Shown here: positions 41,901-55,045 of the stretch, piece after piece
Layout: every line of letters starts with the position of its first letter
How positions within the stretch are numbered: position 1 is the stretch's first letter
Origin: the human T2T-CHM13v2.0 reference genome, Homo sapiens
Assembly: GCF_009914755.1 (NCBI RefSeq)
Contig: NC_060928.1
DNA: 64,000 nucleotides
Reading direction: 5' to 3' (one strand)
The notes under the pieces: model-generated
Told to the model about the DNA's origin: nothing
Database searches by the model: none
Seen by the model: only the letters and a program-made list of their open reading frames with translations
Position numbers and translations under genes: made by a program

Positions 41901-43004
41901 GGAATGATATCTCAAGTGACTTTCACATGTTTAGTAGTTAGTAGTATTAGTAATAATCACAAAATAATCATAATTGCAAAATTAATAACATTTCTGAGTC
42001 ACTGACTATGTGCCAGAGACATTTTAAGTGTTTTGTCTGTGTTAATATTTTTTCCACACAACACAATATGAAGTTGGCACTATTTGTGTAAATGTGGGCA
42101 TAATTATTTCTATCAACAATCTAGTCCGCTTTTCCATCATCTGCTACCTGAATTCATGGAAAATTTCCTGAATGTTTGGGTCTTTACAGTGTGGCCCTTC
42201 TGCAATTTAATCCATTGAATATCTTGGAGCCTTTTCTTAAAAAGAGAATCATTTCATATATCCTTATTTCTTAACTCTTTTTTTGGACTTTTTCAATGTT
42301 CTTAATAAATATTTCAACTCCTAATACGTATCTGGCTCTAATTTACCTCTTAGCATTGTCTGATTCTTAATCATTCCCTGCAAACTAAACCTGAGGACTT
42401 GAGAACTGTCCTGACCACTTTATCTGCTTTCCCTTTTTGTCTGCCTCTCCCCGTCATTCTTTTCCCTATTCCTGCTTATTGTTCAGCTCTCATCGTACTC
42501 ATCAGTGACTCCAGGATACTTTCTATTATCTCCACTGATGCTTTCTTAGCGTTGGGTTTTTCCTTGAGAAAATAATTTTTATATACTTTTCATTACTTAC
42601 TTATATTCTATATTTCAAAGTAGAATGTAAGGTATGTAGGGACAGAAAACTGTGTCTATTTTTTTTCTCTGAAAATTCTGCACTTACCTGTGTTTTGTGC
42701 TAATCTCTTTATAAATATTCTTTGAATGAATGACCAATGCCTTCTTAGATGTTGCATAATCAAGACTTTAATTTAACCAACCCTATTTTCAAAGTTTCCT
42801 TAGTATTCCTATTTGTAATATGCATAAAACTCACATGCTTATGATGGTATCAACATGTACATGAGTTTCTAATTGGTATCTGCTTTACCCCACCTACTTC
42901 CCATCTTTTTTCAATGTAAACCAAACACTCTGAATGAAGGCTATAGAGTCATTTCTACTGAAACTTTGAAGCCAACAAAATAAAACCAACGAAAGTATGT
43001 TTAC

Positions 43005-43153
43005 CTTAGGTAGGGGTTTGGCAGGTTTGCAGTGGAGTCCTCCAACAAAATCAACGTTTGGTAAGAATGGATGAGGAAATTTAAAATTCCAGGAGTTTCG
43101 CATAAGCCATATGTCAGCTTTTCCCATTGTCTCAGATAAGGTAGTGGGTCTTC
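43005..43153 (-). pseudogene. UGT2B10-like exon 2 (open)
   Basis: TATCAG|GAAGACCC ... CCTAAG|GTAAAC; [49 protein letters not shown]; 149 nt. Confidence 0.96.
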
Positions 43154-44430
43154 CTGATATGAATAAAGAAAAGAAAAAGTGGATGACATAAGATAATTAC
43201 TTTATGTAATTTTCTGAAAGGAGTTAGAATAATGTAGGCAAAAATGTAGGTAAAGTTTGTATGCTTTGAAAAATATATACATATAGGAATAATTTATTTT
43301 TTATGTATTCTATATTTTGCCCATGTTTATTTATAAGAAAGGCAAAGTGGTGGGAGAATTGTGAGGTTAAGCTACATCTCTAATGTCATGTCAGTATACT
43401 CACAATTATTAAAATAAGTCATAGAGAATTAAACATCAATTTATTTTTTCTTTAAAACTTTAATAGTAGCCTCTAGATATTTAAAAAAATCTTTGAGCTC
43501 CATAATCAATTAATTCTACTGTAACCATAAAAATAATTTTCTAACTAATAGTCTAGTTTACACAAATCATTAAGCTAATCCTTTTATCTTTGGTTCTTCA
43601 AGTTAACCGTGGACTATTTTGAGTATGGCTGAAATCATTGTACCAACTACTCATTTGGATTCAAGCTAACTTCTTAATAATATTAAGTAAAGATATTTAT
43701 AAATTATAGCTAGAAATTTTTGAGAAATTATTGAAACAAATCTGTACTCAACCTTAATCTGTCTCATATTTTTAAATAAAGAGACACAGTTTCAAATAAA
43801 CTATATAGATAAAACAACTTTCACACTTCAACGAGATGATTGGACTTTAAATAAATGATTTCCAATTCTTTAGTGAAGGAGTATAGAAACATTTGAAACT
43901 TCAAATTACCCTCATTGATTTTTGCATCTGAGATATAGACATTATCTCTCTCTACTGTGAAGACAACCTCCTGATAACATGGGAACATCTTTTAATTTCT
44001 AAATAAGACAACTGAGGTTTACAAGGAAAATTTTTTGCAGTTATATAGATAGTTGTAGAAAGATGTGTAATTACTCATTCTAAATCTATGCATTTGGTTA
44101 GATGTTACTTGATGGATCTTGCTGTTTTTAAGATCTGAAACATTCTATGATAAAACAGATGTGTAATTGCTTAAAGTCTTAGGTGTACTAATATATAGGT
44201 ATATGATTTCCTGGGGTGTTGTGTATGAGTGATGGTCACAGCATTTTCACTGACCCTATAATTTAAGCTTTTCTATAATATTTGTGAGATTGATAGACCA
44301 TCTTGTATTTTCATTTCATAAATTCACTTACCAAAAACTCCACTTCCTTGACTTTATGGCTTTGTACAAGTTCTGCTTCAAAGACACAAAGAAGTTAGAG
44401 CTTCATGTTACTGATTGAAAAAATTCTTAC

Positions 44431-45137
44431 CTAAAACTTCACTGTAAAAGTGATCCCACTTCTTCATATCAAATATTTGGTACCAAAAGTCAAAATAAAG
44501 CACATAGAGCACATTTTTTACCCTCTCCATGAAAGTCATTTGATCACTTAATTTTGACATAACAACAGGTACGTAGGAAGGAGGGAAAATAAATCCTCCA
44601 CTGTGCCTTTCAAATGAGTAGCCAGGAGTGAAGCTGTGACTGTACACAAAGGGTATGTTAAATAGCGCAGCCAGCAGCTCACCACAGGGTAAATAAGCAT
44701 CTGCAAAAACGATGTCAAATCTTGACTCTTGTAGTTTTTTCATAAGTTTCTTATTTGAAACTACATCTTTACAGAAGTTTCTAATTATGTTATTATATGC
44801 CCACATGATTTCTTGTTCTTGTGAAAAATATAACCAAAATGTATCTTTTGGAATGTTGCATCGTGATATTCTCCAACTCAGTTTTAGTTAAAGATGTAGG
44901 ATAAACTTCGAGTTTAAGAGTGGATGAGTCATTGGGATCAAAAAGAATGGAAGCTGAAGATGCCAGTACAGTCACCTCATGACCTCTCTGAACAAGTTCT
45001 TTCAGGATTGTCTTCATATTCATCCAAGGGCTGTACTCTGCGGCCCACACCAGCACCTTTCCACAACTCCCAGAGCTAAAGTAACAACTGAGTTGTATCA
45101 GCAGAAGAACTGAAGTTTGAGTTCCTTTCAGAGCCAT
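44431..45137 (-). pseudogene. UGT2B10-like exon 1 (frameshifted)
   Basis: ATG at 45137 (CCAGGATGG). Signal peptide, then [17 protein letters not shown]. Frameshift near 44854 and premature TAA at 44793-44795. The rest is open to GTTTTAG|GTAAGA. Confidence 0.96.
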
Positions 45138-45186
45138 CCTGGTGCAATGTGATAATTCTTTTCCAGTCACTGTTTCTTTCTCATAC

Positions 45187-45224
45187 TTATATACAGAGAT
45201 AAATCAATCAAGTTAAAACATAAC
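45187..45224 (-). promoter_or_regulatory. UGT2B proximal promoter: HNF1-like site, Pbx-like site and TATA box
   Basis: Minus strand: GTTATGTTTTAAC (45212-45224), TGATTGATTT (45201-45210), TATATAA (45187-45193). Proximal HNF1 sites are established for UGT2B promoters. Confidence 0.75.
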
Positions 45225-45870
45225 TCCTTCAATTCAAAGTAAATACATTATATGAGCATCCTGAGTACATGGATGGCAAGGAGACAAAGTTCGATTACTT
45301 CATATTTACTCAAGAATGTTTGATGTTTCTTTTATGTTTATATTTGCTGTCATCCACCTAAGTTTAATGACCTTGCAAGTATCCTGTTTTATATAATGTA
45401 TTTTGTAATAGTGTCAAGAACAGTGGCAAGTGAGAGAGTCCTGCAGGCCCCTTGACACAGAATAAGAGATGAAGTAATTATACAATGCAAATAGAATTTT
45501 TGAATATCATGGTTCAAGGAATATCTTGTAAAACTTTGTTGAAGTATAATTCACTTACCATATGATTCATCAATTATTATATAAAATTAAATATTTCCAA
45601 GTAAGTTCACAGACTTGTGCATCCAACATAACAATCAGTTTTATCTAAAAAAAATCCTGTATATTAAATATCATCTCCCCACCTGAATTTCTGCATCCAC
45701 CCTGCACTGGGCAACCAATAATCTAATTTCTGCCTCTACAAATATGCTTATTCAGGATCTTTTTAAAAATAAATGAAACTATATAATATGTGGTCTTTTG
45801 TGGCTGGCTTCTTCTATTTAGTTTAATGTTTTTAAAGGACCATCCATAGAATAGTGTATATAAGGATTTC

Positions 45871-46098
45871 ATTTTTATTTCCAAATAGTATCAGATGCTA
45901 CTTATAACCACAAATTATTTATTCATTCATCAGTGGATGGACATTGATTTTCTTGCACTTTTGGCCATTATGCATAGCGTTGATATTTTTATTGCCAAAT
46001 AGTATCAGATGCTACTTATAAACACAATTTATTTATTCATTTATCAGTGGATGGACATTGATTTTCTTCCACTTTTGGCCGTTATGAATAGCATTGAT
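45871..46098. repeat. 114-bp tandem duplication inside an old antisense L1M fragment (about 45530-46310)
   Basis: ccaaatagtatcagatgctacttataa...atcagtggatggacattgattttctt occurs twice, with units starting at 45871 and 45985. Confidence 0.9.
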
Positions 46099-46427
46099 TA
46101 ACATTGATGTACATGCTTTCTTTGGGCATGTTTTTATTTTTCTTGGGTATATGTCTAGAAAGGCAATTATTGAATTGTGTGGTAAATATATGTGTAACCT
46201 TTTGAGGAATTGCTGGACTTTTTCACAGTGGGTGAATAATTTTCTATTCTCAACCAACAATGTTTGAGGGTTTCAGTGTCTCCACCAACTTGCCAAACCT
46301 TGTCTTTCAAATAACAAAAAAGGTTATTTTTTATTTTAATTCATAAACACACTCTAACAGACACAAAGAAAGGAAAGTTTCCTTCCACATATTGGAGGAA
46401 AAGTGAATAAATTAAACACTAACTTAC

Positions 46428-47156
46428 CTAATACTTCACTGTAAAACTGATTCCACTTCTTTTTGTTAAAAGTCTCAAATGCAAAATCAAAATGAAGAAA
46501 ATGGAAAAGATTTTTCACCTTTCTATAAATGTATTTTGGTACTAAGTTCTGATATGACAACAGTTACATCAGAAGGAGGTAATGAAAGTCTTCCACAGAG
46601 TTCTTGGTACATACTGCCAGTTGTAAATGGATGATAGTAGACCAAATGTATAAGAAATGTTTAACAGATTAAGCTGTTCAGATAGCAGCTCACTAATGAG
46701 AAATGACATCTGCAAGAATGACATAAATTCTGGAATCTTGTTGTTCCTTGTAAGTTTCTTGTTCAAAACAGCATACTCACAGAGCTTTTGAACAGTATCA
46801 GAACATTCATAATATGTGTTTTTTGCATCTTTGAATCATATGCCAACAATGTACTCTTTGGGAACTTGTATGTCCACATCTTGATCAATTTCATAAAAAT
46901 GAAATCAAGTTCATTCTCAGTAAAAGATGTGGGATAAACCTCAAATTTAACAGCAAATTGTTGGAATCAATGAGGATGGAAGCTGAAGGTGACAAGCACA
47001 GTTACCTCATGGTGTTTCTGAGCAAGTTCATCAAGTATCATTATTAAATTGATATAAAGACTGTATTTCACTGGCCACACCAGCACATTCTCATGGGACT
47101 CAGAGCTGGAATACAACGGTCAGCATAAGAAACAAAAAAGCCCATTTCTTAGACAA
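46428..47156 (-). pseudogene. Orphan, highly diverged UGT2B-type exon 1
   Basis: Piecewise translation: VLVWPVKYSLYINLIMILDELAQKHHEVTVL, SASILIDSN, KFEVYPTSFTENELDFIFMKLIKMW, QKLCEYAVLNKKL, FDFAFETFNKKKWNQFYSEVLG|GTAAGT. The start reads TTG, there are several frameshifts, and no exon 2 lies before the next gene. Confidence 0.9.
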
Positions 47157-48239
47157 CTGTTAAAATGCTATCTTTCTTTATAACTTTCCCTAACTTGGTA
47201 CATATCAATGTCAATCAATGTCATAATGATTTAAGTGTTGACAATAGAGGTTTTGGAAAGCAAGAGAATAAAGAAAAGGATGAATGATTTTGTGTTTGTA
47301 TGTGTGAATAATAAATTTCAGTCTTATTGTAAATGTGGCTGTCTCCAGAACAAGAGATAATTTAGTTGTATATAAAGAGTTTCTAGTATAAGAAAGCATC
47401 ATTCTGTCAACAATGAGGCAGTGATGTGATCTATTCTTATTTATCTAAACATTCTCAAATAGACCATCTTCATTTTCTCTATATAGTTTCACACTTATTA
47501 TATTAGCTTCATTTCATGTTCCTTGACATTGTTTTTCTGACAGTAGAAATTCCTTTTATTTTTATCCAAACAGATATGTTTTAAGTACAATTACAGTTAC
47601 TTTGCTTCATTTGAAAATATTTTGTCTAAATCACAATATTTTCCTTTTCTGAATATTTGCAACATTGCTTAGTTTCTCAGTCTTAGAAAGTATTTATCTT
47701 CTAAACGCCTACTACTGAACTTGTTTCACAGATTGCCTTGTAATTCAGGTAAGTTCTACTTTAAAAAGTCTCACCAGAAATTTACATCAAAGTAGAATTA
47801 GGAAGGAAAAGATGCATGTCACAAAATAGAGAAATTTGTTTTTATTCTATTAATAATCTGTTAACCTGAAATGAGGTAAATCTTTCTTAAAAGGATTTTT
47901 GAACACAGTTTGTGAGCAAATATTGCCAGCAGAGTGGCAATATTGCTCAATATTTTTAATGTCCTTGAGTGCAGGCATTATGTGTCACCCAGATTTCCCT
48001 TTTGGGAATATAGAAATTACTTTCCAGCTGATGAAGTGATTAAAAACTGACATACCTCACCTATAAGCTCTCTCTCAGTACATCTCTGCTGAAAGCTATC
48101 TAGCATGTAGTGACTTTTCCAACACAGCCCATATCCAATGCCTGGTCACGTGTAGGACTCTAAAGGCCCATTCTCCTCATTTCAATTTGGACCAACTCTG
48201 AAGGGCTAACCACAAGCCTCCTCACCTAGAAAGCAAGCA

Positions 48240-51200
48240 GACTCAGTTTTTCAGCATCTCAGGGAGCCTGCAGTGGTGATCCAGTTCCTTCAGAGAGTCT
48301 GTGAATTTTCTCAGCTTTCCTGGTGTGTTCCTGCTGTAATCCTTGGAGAAACAGTTCATGACATGAGTCCCAACACACTGCTCTATCCATTCGAGTAGAA
48401 GCTGCAAACTAGTTCTGCCTCCTTTTCATCATCTTAATCGTATACATCTGTAGCAACCTTCTATGTCATTTTTCTATCTTTGTTGGTTTAAAGTCTGTCT
48501 AGTAAGAAGTTAGAATTGCAACTGCTGCTTTTTTTTTTTTTTCATTTTCTTGTTAGATTATTTTCCATTGGTTTATTTTGAGCCTATATATGTCACTGCA
48601 GGTGAGATGGGTTTCTTGAACACAGCATATCAATGGTTCTTGGTTCTATAATCAGCTTGCCCTTCAGTGTCTTTTGATAGGGGCATTAAGCCCATGTGTA
48701 TTTAAGGTTAATATTGATATGTGTGGACTTGATCCTGTCATAATGATGTTATCAAGCAATTTTGCAGACTTGTTTATGTGCTTGCTTCACAGTGTCACTA
48801 GTATGTGTACTTCAGTATGCTTTTGTAAAGGCTGGTAATGCTCTTTCCCCACCCCCCACCCCCCCGATATTCAGTGCTTCCTTCAGAAATTTTTGCAAGG
48901 CAGGTCTGGTGGTAACCAATTTCTTCAGCTGTTGCTTGTCTGAAAAGGTTCTTATTTTGCTTATGAAGTTTTATTAGGCTGGATATGAAATTCTAGATTG
49001 CAATTTCTTTTCTATAAGAATGTTGAATATTGGCCACCAATCTCTCCTGGCTTCCGGGATTTCAGTTGAGAAGTCCATTGTTAGTCTGATGAGCTTCCCA
49101 TTGTAGGTAATTTGGCCTTTCTCTCTAGCTGTCTTTTACATGTTTTTTTTTTATTTTGACTTTGGAGAATCTGATAATTATTTGTCTTGAGGATGAGCTT
49201 CTCATTGATTATCTCACTGGGGTTTTCTGCATTTCTAAATTTGGCCTCTCTAGCTAGATTGGAAAAGTTCTCATGAATGATATCCTGAAATATACTTTCC
49301 AGGTTGATTTCATTGTCTCCATCTGTTTCAGATACACCAAATACTCATAGACTCATTCTTTTCACATAATCTCATATTTCCTGGAGGTTTTGTTCATTCA
49401 TTTTTATTCTTTTTTCTATATTATTGCCTGCCTGTCTTATTTCATGAAGCCTGTCTTAAAGCTCTCATAATTTTTTTTTCAGTTGGTTTATTTTGCTATT
49501 ATTTTTCAATTTTTATTTGTGATTGCATTATAAAAGTCTTGTGGTGTTCTTTTCAACTCTATGAGGTCAGTTACATTTTCTCTTTACAGGCTACTTTGTT
49601 AGCTTCTGCAATGTTTTATTATTATTTTTAGCTTTCTTGGATTAGGTTACAATATACTCATTTAGCACAGTAAACTTTGTTTATATCCCTGTTTTGAATT
49701 TTACTTCTGTCATTTCAGCCATCTTAGCCTCAGCCCAGTTCTAAACCCTTGCTGGAGAGATGATGCTGTAATTTGGATGAAAAAATGCACTCTGTCTTTT
49801 TGAGTTTTCACTGTTCTTGCACTGATTCTCTCTTATTTTTGTGGGCTTATCTGCCTTCAATTTTTGAGGTTGCTGGCCTTTGGATTTTTTTTTCTTTTAT
49901 TCTATTTGATTGCCTTGAAGGTTTGTTTGTGATATAAGGTGGATTCAGCCAACTGACATTGTTTGTAGAGGGGGCAGAGTTCAGTTCTCAACTCCTGGAC
50001 CGTATGCTTTAACTCTGATGGACTTGCATTGAGCCCCAGCTTTGTTCTCTGGCTTTTCAAGGCTTTAAGTCTACTGCACTAAGGTGATGAAGGTGCAACA
50101 AGTGCAGCAGAGTGCTAGTGAGTGCAGGAGTGTCTGCCTCTTTCTGAGTGTTCACAACAGTGGCAGAAGCAAAGCAGTTGGAAGGGGAATGGAAGACCCC
50201 TGCTGGAGACTGTGTGATGTTACATGGGAGGTGGTGTTTGTTTAGGGTGGGGTGATTGCCAGCACAAGTCTGGGTGCCTTCTCTGTGCCCTGCAAGCAGA
50301 AGTGATCACTCAGGGTATGGAAGGATCCCCTGTCCTCTATGCAGCATCAGAAAAAGGTGGGCACTGGCTTGACAGGGATTTCTGGTTCTGTGCCCATCAA
50401 AGCTCTCTTTGCAATGCTGCAAAGGCTATCAGTGTGATTTGAGTGAATGTGATGGGGGGTCATGGAGGGATGCACTGCACTCCTGTGTGCTGGTGGGTCA
50501 AGTACAGCAAAATCCACCCATGCAGACATGCACTCAGCAAAGTGGTGTGAGGAGTTTCTCAGGGGAGAGGCTCAGTCGAAGCTGCAGTATGGGAAGGAAC
50601 ATGCAGACTGGTACACAGTTGTAGGGACTGCGTCACTGGAACTCTCTGTCAGTCAGGCCTGGTCCTCTGTTGCAGAAACTATGGTGTGTTTCTGGCTGCC
50701 CTGTAAGTAGGCATGGCAAGGCTGGGGCCCCAGTTGAGGGTAGAAGATCAAGGAGTCTCAAATCAGACCAGCCTCATCTGATGTGCAGGATCACCATGCA
50801 GGGATCAGGTCTGACTGTTACCCAAGGGCTAGGGTCTCTTATTCATGAAAGTTGAACTTACAGAGATGGCCACACTGCTACAGATTCTCCTGCACCCACT
50901 GCTCTGGGATCCACATCAGTTGGCTTGCTGCTTTGCTACTTTGTTTGTTCCTGTGGCTTCATCTCAGAGAGATGCAAGCCAGCAATGGCTCAGTGTCTTT
51001 GCTCCTTTGTTTGTCCAAGGGAGTCAAGGAAAGTTTCACTGCAGATGCAGTGGCTGAGAGGCTTTCTGTTGCCCCAGTGGCTCTCTCCAAGGAGTTGCCA
51101 ATTTGCTACTAGCTGGATAGATTGGGCAGGTGTTGGCTAGAGACCCAGGCCTGGAAGATCTGCATGATGAGGACATACAGGAGCAGGCAACCACATTACA

Positions 51201-52140
51201 CTCTGATCATTTTTCTGTAGGGCTTCTGTGTTATGCTAGGGGCCACTCCAGTCACTATTCACCTCAGATTTTTTAGTACCTGGAGGTATCACCAGTGAAG
51301 GCTGAGAAACAGGAAAGACGGCAGCCTGCCCTTTTCTCTGGTAGCTCCATCCCAGGGAGATATGGACCTGTTTCTGCCACAAACATACCTCTAAGAGGTG
51401 GCTGGAGACCCCACTTGGGAGATCTGACCCCTAGTCAGAAGGAATGGTATCAGGGACCTGCTTAAGGTAGTCTAGCCACATTTTCATAAAGCAGCTGTGC
51501 TTTGCTGGGGGTACACTTCAGCCCTCGGTTGCCTCAGACACTCCAAAGCTAGAAGGCTGGAATGGCTAAGTTGCCCAAACAGCAAAGATGTCAGCCTGCC
51601 CTGCCCCCTTGGGTCTCTTTACCAGGGATGCCTGGAACCTCTGTCAGCTTGTGAATACCAGTGATGGTAGCCAAAAATCCCCGTTGGGAGTCTCCACCCA
51701 GTAATGAGGACGAGGGTCAGGAACTCAATTAAAAAAGCAGTCTGGCCCCATTTTTATATGGCTGCTGTGCTGTTCTGGTGTATCATTTTCACCCCAGTCA
51801 GAATGGGTTCTTCAAAGCTTACAGACTGGAATTGATAAGTCACTCAAACAGCAAAGATGCCGGCCCATAACTCTCTCTGGGAGCTCTGTCACAGGGAGTT
51901 TTCAAATCTCTGTAGACACAAGAACACTGGTGGGAGTGGTTGGAGTCCCCTGTTGGGAAGTCCCACCCAGTGAGGAGGAACAGGATCTGGTACCTGCTTA
52001 AAGAAGCAGTCTGGCCATGTTTTTATAGAGCAGATGTGCAGCAACTGGGGAATTCCTTCCACTAAATGTACATTTGGACTCTCCAAAGCTCGAAGGGCAG
52101 GACAGCTAACTTGCACAAACAGCAAAAATGGCAGCCTGCA
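48240..52140 (-). mobile_element. Older primate L1 5' portion (5' UTR, ORF1, ORF2 start), degraded and possibly composite
   Basis: Antisense ORF2-start DNA (tttgttggtttaaagtctg; gagatgggtttcttgaa) and ORF1 DNA (tggatatgaaattctagattg; gttagtctgatg). GC-richer UTR with ~270-bp repeats at 51300-52140. Confidence 0.75.
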
Positions 52141-52499
52141 CTGCACACCATGCCTCAGTTGAAGGTGCTGTGTGGTATATAAATTATATGTAAACAAAAT
52201 ATACAAAAAATTATTTGAACCATGTTTTGTTATTTTATCTTTAGTTCTGTGTCAAACAAAATGCACAAACATGGACCTCTCATGACTATGTTTCTGGAAA
52301 CTTTTCTAAAATAAATTACATAAGACAAGTGATGTGTCCATACAAGAACATTGATATTAGCTCAAAGATAGCACTTATAAACATAAAGGGACATTAAACA
52401 CACTTGTGTAAATAGATCATCTACCTTCATTTATCTCCTTGCCATCTACATGCTCAGACTGTTAATCTAATGATAATATATTTCCTTTGAAGTGTAAAA

Positions 52500-52540
52500 G
52501 TTACATTTGAACTTCGTGATTGATTTATCCATGGATATAA
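52500..52540 (+). promoter_or_regulatory. UGT2B proximal promoter remnant (HNF1-like, Pbx-like, TATA-like)
   Basis: GTTACATTTGAAC (52500-52512), TGATTGATTT (52517-52526), GATATAA (52534-52540); same order as in the minus-strand gene. Confidence 0.65.
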
Positions 52541-52597
52541 CCATAATAAATGACAGAAAGAAACAGCAAATGGAAAAAAGCATTGCATTGCACCAGG

Positions 52598-53321
52598 ATG
52601 TGTATGAAATGGACTTCAATTTTGCTGCTGATACAGCTGAGCTGTTACATTAGCTCTGGAAGTTGTGGAAAGGTGCTGGTGTGGCCCACAGCATTCAGCC
52701 ATTGGATGAATGTAAAGACAATCCTGGATGAGCTTGTCCAGAGGGCGCATGAGGTGCCTGTACTGGCATTTTCAGCTTCCATTTGTTTGATCCCAACAGC
52801 CTACCTACTCTTAAACTTAAGTTTATCCTGCATCTTTAACTAAAACTGAGTTGGAGGACATCATCATGCAACTAGTCAAGAGATGGGCAGCCCTTCCAAA
52901 AGACACGTTTTGGTCATATTTTTCACAAGTACAAGAAATCATGTGGACATTTAATGACATACTTAGAAAGTTCTGTAAGGATGTAGTTTAAAATAATAAA
53001 CTTATGAAAAAACTACAAAAGTTAAAATTTGATGTTGTTCTTGCAGATGCTATTATTCCCTGTGGTGAGCTGCTGGCTGAGCTATTTAACATACCCTTCC
53101 TGTACAGTCTCCACTTCTCTGCTGGCTACACACTTGAAAAGCACAATGTAGGATTTCTGTTTCTGCCTTCCTACATACCTGTTGTTATGTCAGAATTAAG
53201 TGACCAAATGACTTTCATAGAGAGGGTAAAAATATATGATCTATCTGGTTTATTTTCAATTTTGGTTCCAACCAAATATTTAATATGAAGAAGTGGGATC
53301 AGTTTTCCAGTGAAGTTTTAC
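52598..53321 (+). pseudogene. UGT2B4-like exon 1 (multiply disrupted)
   Basis: 724 nt. Lesions: -1 near 52787, -1 near 52819, TAA at 52989-52991, +1 near 53232, CCAA duplication near 53268-53275, donor reads CTAAGT. Confidence 0.93.
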
Positions 53322-53410
53322 CTAAGTAATTTTTTCAGTTGGTAATATGGAGATCTAACTTTCCTGTGCCTTTGAAGCTGAGCTTCTATAAAGCAATAAA
53401 GTCAGGGTCC

Positions 53411-53693
<283 letters not shown>

Positions 53694-54892
53694 TGAAAAC
53701 ACAAGATGATCTATCAATTGCACAAATATTATAGAAAAGCTTAAATTATAAGTTCAGTTAAAACCCTGTGGCCATTGCTCATACAGAACATTCTAGGAAG
53801 TCATAAACCTGTAAATTAGTGCACCTAATATTTCTTTAAACAATCACACATCTGTTTTACTATACATATTTTTATCTTAAAAAAGTCGGACCCGTCCACA
53901 AACATCTTACTGAATGCATACATGTATATTGAGTAGTTACACAATTTTCTACCACAACTATCTATGTAACATTGCAGAAATTGTTTTTCCTTGTACACCG
54001 CAGTTTCTTTATTCTGAAATTAAAATATGTCCCCATGTTACCAGAAGGTTTCCTTCACAGTTGAGAGAAATAGTGCTTCTGTCTCAAATGCAAAAACCAA
54101 TAAGGGCAATTTGTAGTTTCTAATGTCTCCACATTCCTTCACTAAAAGATTGGAAATTATTCATTTTAAGACTAATCATCTTATTGAAGTCTGAACATTT
54201 TTCTATCTATATAGTTTTTTTAAAAAAATACTATGTTTATTACAAAATATAAGCCAAATTAAGGTTGGATACAAATCTCTATTTGAATAATTTCTCAAAA
54301 TTTTCTAGCTGTAATTTTCAAATATATTTACTTAAAAGCTAATATGGTTAATACCTTAGCATAAATCAAAAGCAGTAGTTGGTACAAGGATTTCAGCCAC
54401 ACTCTCAAAATAGCCCACAGTTCACTTGAATAACCAAAGATAAAAAGATTAGCTTAATGAACTGCGGAAACTAGACTATTTCTCAGAAAATTATTTTTAT
54501 GGGTTAGGCAGAATTAGTTGATCATGGAGCTCAAAGAGTTTTTTAAATGTTTATATGCTACTATTGAAGTTTTAAAGGGTAAAGAAATGGATGTTTACTT
54601 CTCTATAGATTATTTTAATAATTGTTTGTGATTATGAGTATTCCGATGTGACATTAGCGATGTAGTTTACCCTCAAACTTCTCTTATCAGTTTGCTTTTC
54701 TTATAAATACACAAGGGCAAAATATATAATACATAAAAAATAAATTATGTTTATATTTGAATATATGTTCATGTATTTCAAAGTACAGACACTTGGTCTA
54801 CATTTTTGCCTACATTATTCTAATCCCTTTCAGAAAATTACCTAATGTAATTATCTTGTGTAATCCACTTTTTCTTTCATTTTTCCTCTCAG

Positions 54893-55045
54893 GAAGACCC
54901 ACTACCTTATCTGAGACAATGGAGAAAGCTGACATACATATGGCTTATTCAAAACTCCTGGAATTTTCAATTTCCTCATCCACTCTTACCAAATGTTGAA
55001 TTTGTTGGAGGACTCCACTGCAAATCTACCAAACCCCTACCTAAG
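54893..55045 (+). pseudogene. UGT2B4-like exon 2 (+4 frameshift)
   Basis: CTCAG|GAAGACCC ... CCTAAG|GTAAAG; 153 nt because of the GACATACATATGG (CATA) duplication. Confidence 0.93.

Noticed and set aside
50224-51140. Cluster of short ORFs in GC-richer DNA
   Set aside because: They lie in apparent L1 5'-region sequence, overlap in many frames and contain no recognisable domain.
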